This document shows, piece by piece, positions 62,345 to 64,000 of a stretch of 64,000 nucleotides of DNA; the first letter of the stretch is position 1, and every line of letters begins with the position of its first letter. This DNA comes from Hormiphora californensis (taxonomy: Eukaryota > Animalia > Ctenophora). The notes below the pieces were generated by a model. That model saw only the letters and a list, made by a program, of their open reading frames with translations, ran no database searches and was not told the origin of the DNA. Location: positions 5,890,001 to 5,954,000 of the forward strand of contig CM035356.1 of assembly GCA_020137815.1 (NCBI GenBank), in the 5' to 3' direction. The translations under genes were made by a program, and so were the position numbers.

Positions 62345-63328
62345 ATGGGCAGACCGTACGATATGACAGTTATTCCAGTACGTCAAGAGGAGCTGACTCA
62401 GGCTGATTTGGATTGGTATGCGAGCCGGATCCTGACCATGGTCAAGTATGCAGGGATTCCTTCACCGGATTTAACCAGAAAGTTAGGGAGTAGCCCTGAG
62501 GATATCAGGGAAATACCGACATCTTTCAATATCCACTCATCCCACACGAAACGTGATTTGGCATCTGTGTTAGAAGATGTATTTATGTCGACCTTGCCAC
62601 TTCTTAAGTACTTCCAACATCGTTTCAACGTCGAGAAGTCGCCTGAGTTGGAATTAAAGGAAGAAAGAGATGAACTGTTGAGAAAGAGTTTGGAGTTGCA
62701 GAAAAAAGAGGAGATATTGAGAGTTGAGATGGATGACCTGTTGAGAAAGACTATTAGGTTACAAGAGCAGGTCATTGAGCTTCAGGACACTCAACTACAT
62801 CGAGTAACCGAAACAGTACAGAAAGATCTGCGCTCTTTCTCAACTGTCTTGACGCAGAATTGTAGGTCTGCTCTTGCACCGAAAAATATCAAGAAAGATG
62901 AAGGGAAAGCTCATGGCAAAAAAGTTGATTCGAGTCCAGATCCAGACAGATCCAAAAATCTGATGGTGTTTGGTCTACCGGAAGTTGAGGCAGAATCTGA
63001 ATCTGTGTTGAAATGCGAGATAGAGAATGTTTTGGCTGAGCTTGATGAGAAACCTATTGTTGTAGCTAAAAGGGTGGGTTTGAAACGGGAAGGAAGGGAG
63101 AGACCCGTGATCGTGAAGCTACAGAGTAGAGAAATGCTGCTGAGCCTTCTCCAGAAGGCTAGGCAGTTGAAACAGTCCGAATCGTACTGCGGTGTATACT
63201 TGTCAAGAGATATGTCACTCGCAGAGAGAACGGAGAGGAGGGAACTCCACCTTACATTGAAGGAGTTAAGGGAATCGAATCCCGAAAGACAATTTCGGAT
63301 ACGGAAAGGAGCGATAAACTTTTCATAG
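62345..63328 (+). CDS. LINE ORF1p-like protein, distant paralog of 61023-62015
   Basis: Coiled coil, TVQKDLRSFSTVL..NCRSALAPKNI, DRSKNLMVFGLPE...KRVG...RPVIVKL...VYLSRDMSLAERTERR...FRIRKG; first in-frame ATG at 62345. Confidence 0.8.
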   Translation: MGRPYDMTVIPVRQEELTQADLDWYASRILTMVKYAGIPSPDLTRKLGSSPEDIREIPTSFNIHSSHTKRDLASVLEDVFMSTLPLLKYFQHRFNVEKSPELELKEERDELLRKSLELQKKEEILRVEMDDLLRKTIRLQEQVIELQDTQLHRVTETVQKDLRSFSTVLTQNCRSALAPKNIKKDEGKAHGKKVDSSPDPDRSKNLMVFGLPEVEAESESVLKCEIENVLAELDEKPIVVAKRVGLKREGRERPVIVKLQSREMLLSLLQKARQLKQSESYCGVYLSRDMSLAERTERRELHLTLKELRESNPERQFRIRKGAINFS

Positions 63329-63599
63329 ACTATCTTTATAAACTGGACTCTTAAATGGACTCATATCTTTGATCAACCGTTTTTTGCCCACAAAAAGGGG
63401 CTGATAATTTGATACATCAAACTGTGTAAATTATTATATAGATTTAATAAATAAATAATAATGGTGGGCGTGACTTGATTGTGCATGACTTGAACATTTC
63501 CGAGGGGCCTCATGTTTTCGTGTCGGCCAGGAAAAATATCGCGCGCGAGAGCAAATTTTATGCGTCGCAAATAATGTAACGCGCGAACTGCAATGTCCT

Positions 63600-63750
63600 A
63601 AAGTCCTTTTTTTTTCAACTGTTCACCCAAAAACTGAAATTTAATAAAAATTAGAATTTTGGTGGCGCGCACTATACGTTAACATGTGATAAACGCGCAA
63701 AAGAATTCCGCGCACGACTTTGGGGGGTGAACAGTTGAAAAAAATGGAGT
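63600..63750. mobile_element. Small MITE (TTTTTTTCAACTGTTCACCC inverted ends)
   Basis: Inverted ends; a related end occurs at ~7655-7700. Confidence 0.5.
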
Positions 63751-63754
63751 ATAT

Positions 63755-63983
63755 AGTCTGATTTTAAATAACTGTCGTTTTTACCGCACTCGATTTTGCT
63801 ATATTATGACAATATCTCCAGTTCCTGATAAGATAGAGACTTGAAATTTGGAGGTTAGGAAGAACTTAGCATGTTCTTCGCAACCCCCGAGTTTCAAGTC
63901 TTTATCTCATCAGGAACCGGAGTTATTGTAATAATAGAGCAAAATCGAGTGCGGTAAAAACGATAGTTATTTAAAATCAGACT
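63755..63983. mobile_element. Hairpin MITE with ~100-bp arms
   Basis: agtctgattttaaataact...agttatttaaaatcagact with imperfect inner arms. Confidence 0.7.
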
Positions 63984-64000
63984 TTATCCAGCTGAGAGAG

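Larger units (their letters stand above)
62272..63461 (+). mobile_element. SL-headed ORF1-only retroelement B (1.19 kb, TAA/TAAA tail, 12-bp TSD)
   Basis: TSD TGGTGGGCGTGA at 62262-62273 and 63462-63473 (last 2 nt overlap the SL start); SL 62272-62315; tail 63445-63461. Confidence 0.88.
62162..63513. mobile_element. Palindromic MITE (~150 bp when empty) split by retroelement B
   Basis: Left part 62162-62273 and right part 63462-63513 rejoin into one inverted repeat ATGAGGCCCCTCGG...CCGAGGGGCCTCAT. Confidence 0.8.

Overview
Eukaryotic, intron-containing DNA rich in (GA)n microsatellites, most likely from a ctenophore (Pleurobrachia-like). This rests on a ctenophore-type spliced-leader (SL) sequence recognised from memory and not searched. 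All host genes lie on the minus strand: a 6-finger C2H2 transcription factor (~4.4-16 kb) with a ~16 kb non-coding upstream region, then a tightly packed run of an RluA/RPUSD-type pseudouridine synthase, NAA30 and a small BTB gene, followed by a three-copy tandem cassette of heme oxygenase + intronless MATH-BTB genes that is decaying through TE insertions. TEs include L2/CR1-group LINEs, CRE-like fragments, non-autonomous Helitrons, a Helentron/DINE-like element, a Kolobok-like foldback and several MITE families. The most striking signal is that the same 41-44 nt SL sequence forms the 5' end of three different retroelements. One is a two-ORF LINE; the other two are divergent, intact, head-to-head ORF1-only elements, one with a clear tail and 12-bp TSD. 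This suggests a retroposon system whose 5' end is supplied by host trans-splicing. Several stretches look like noisy long-read sequence, so single-base indels should be treated cautiously.
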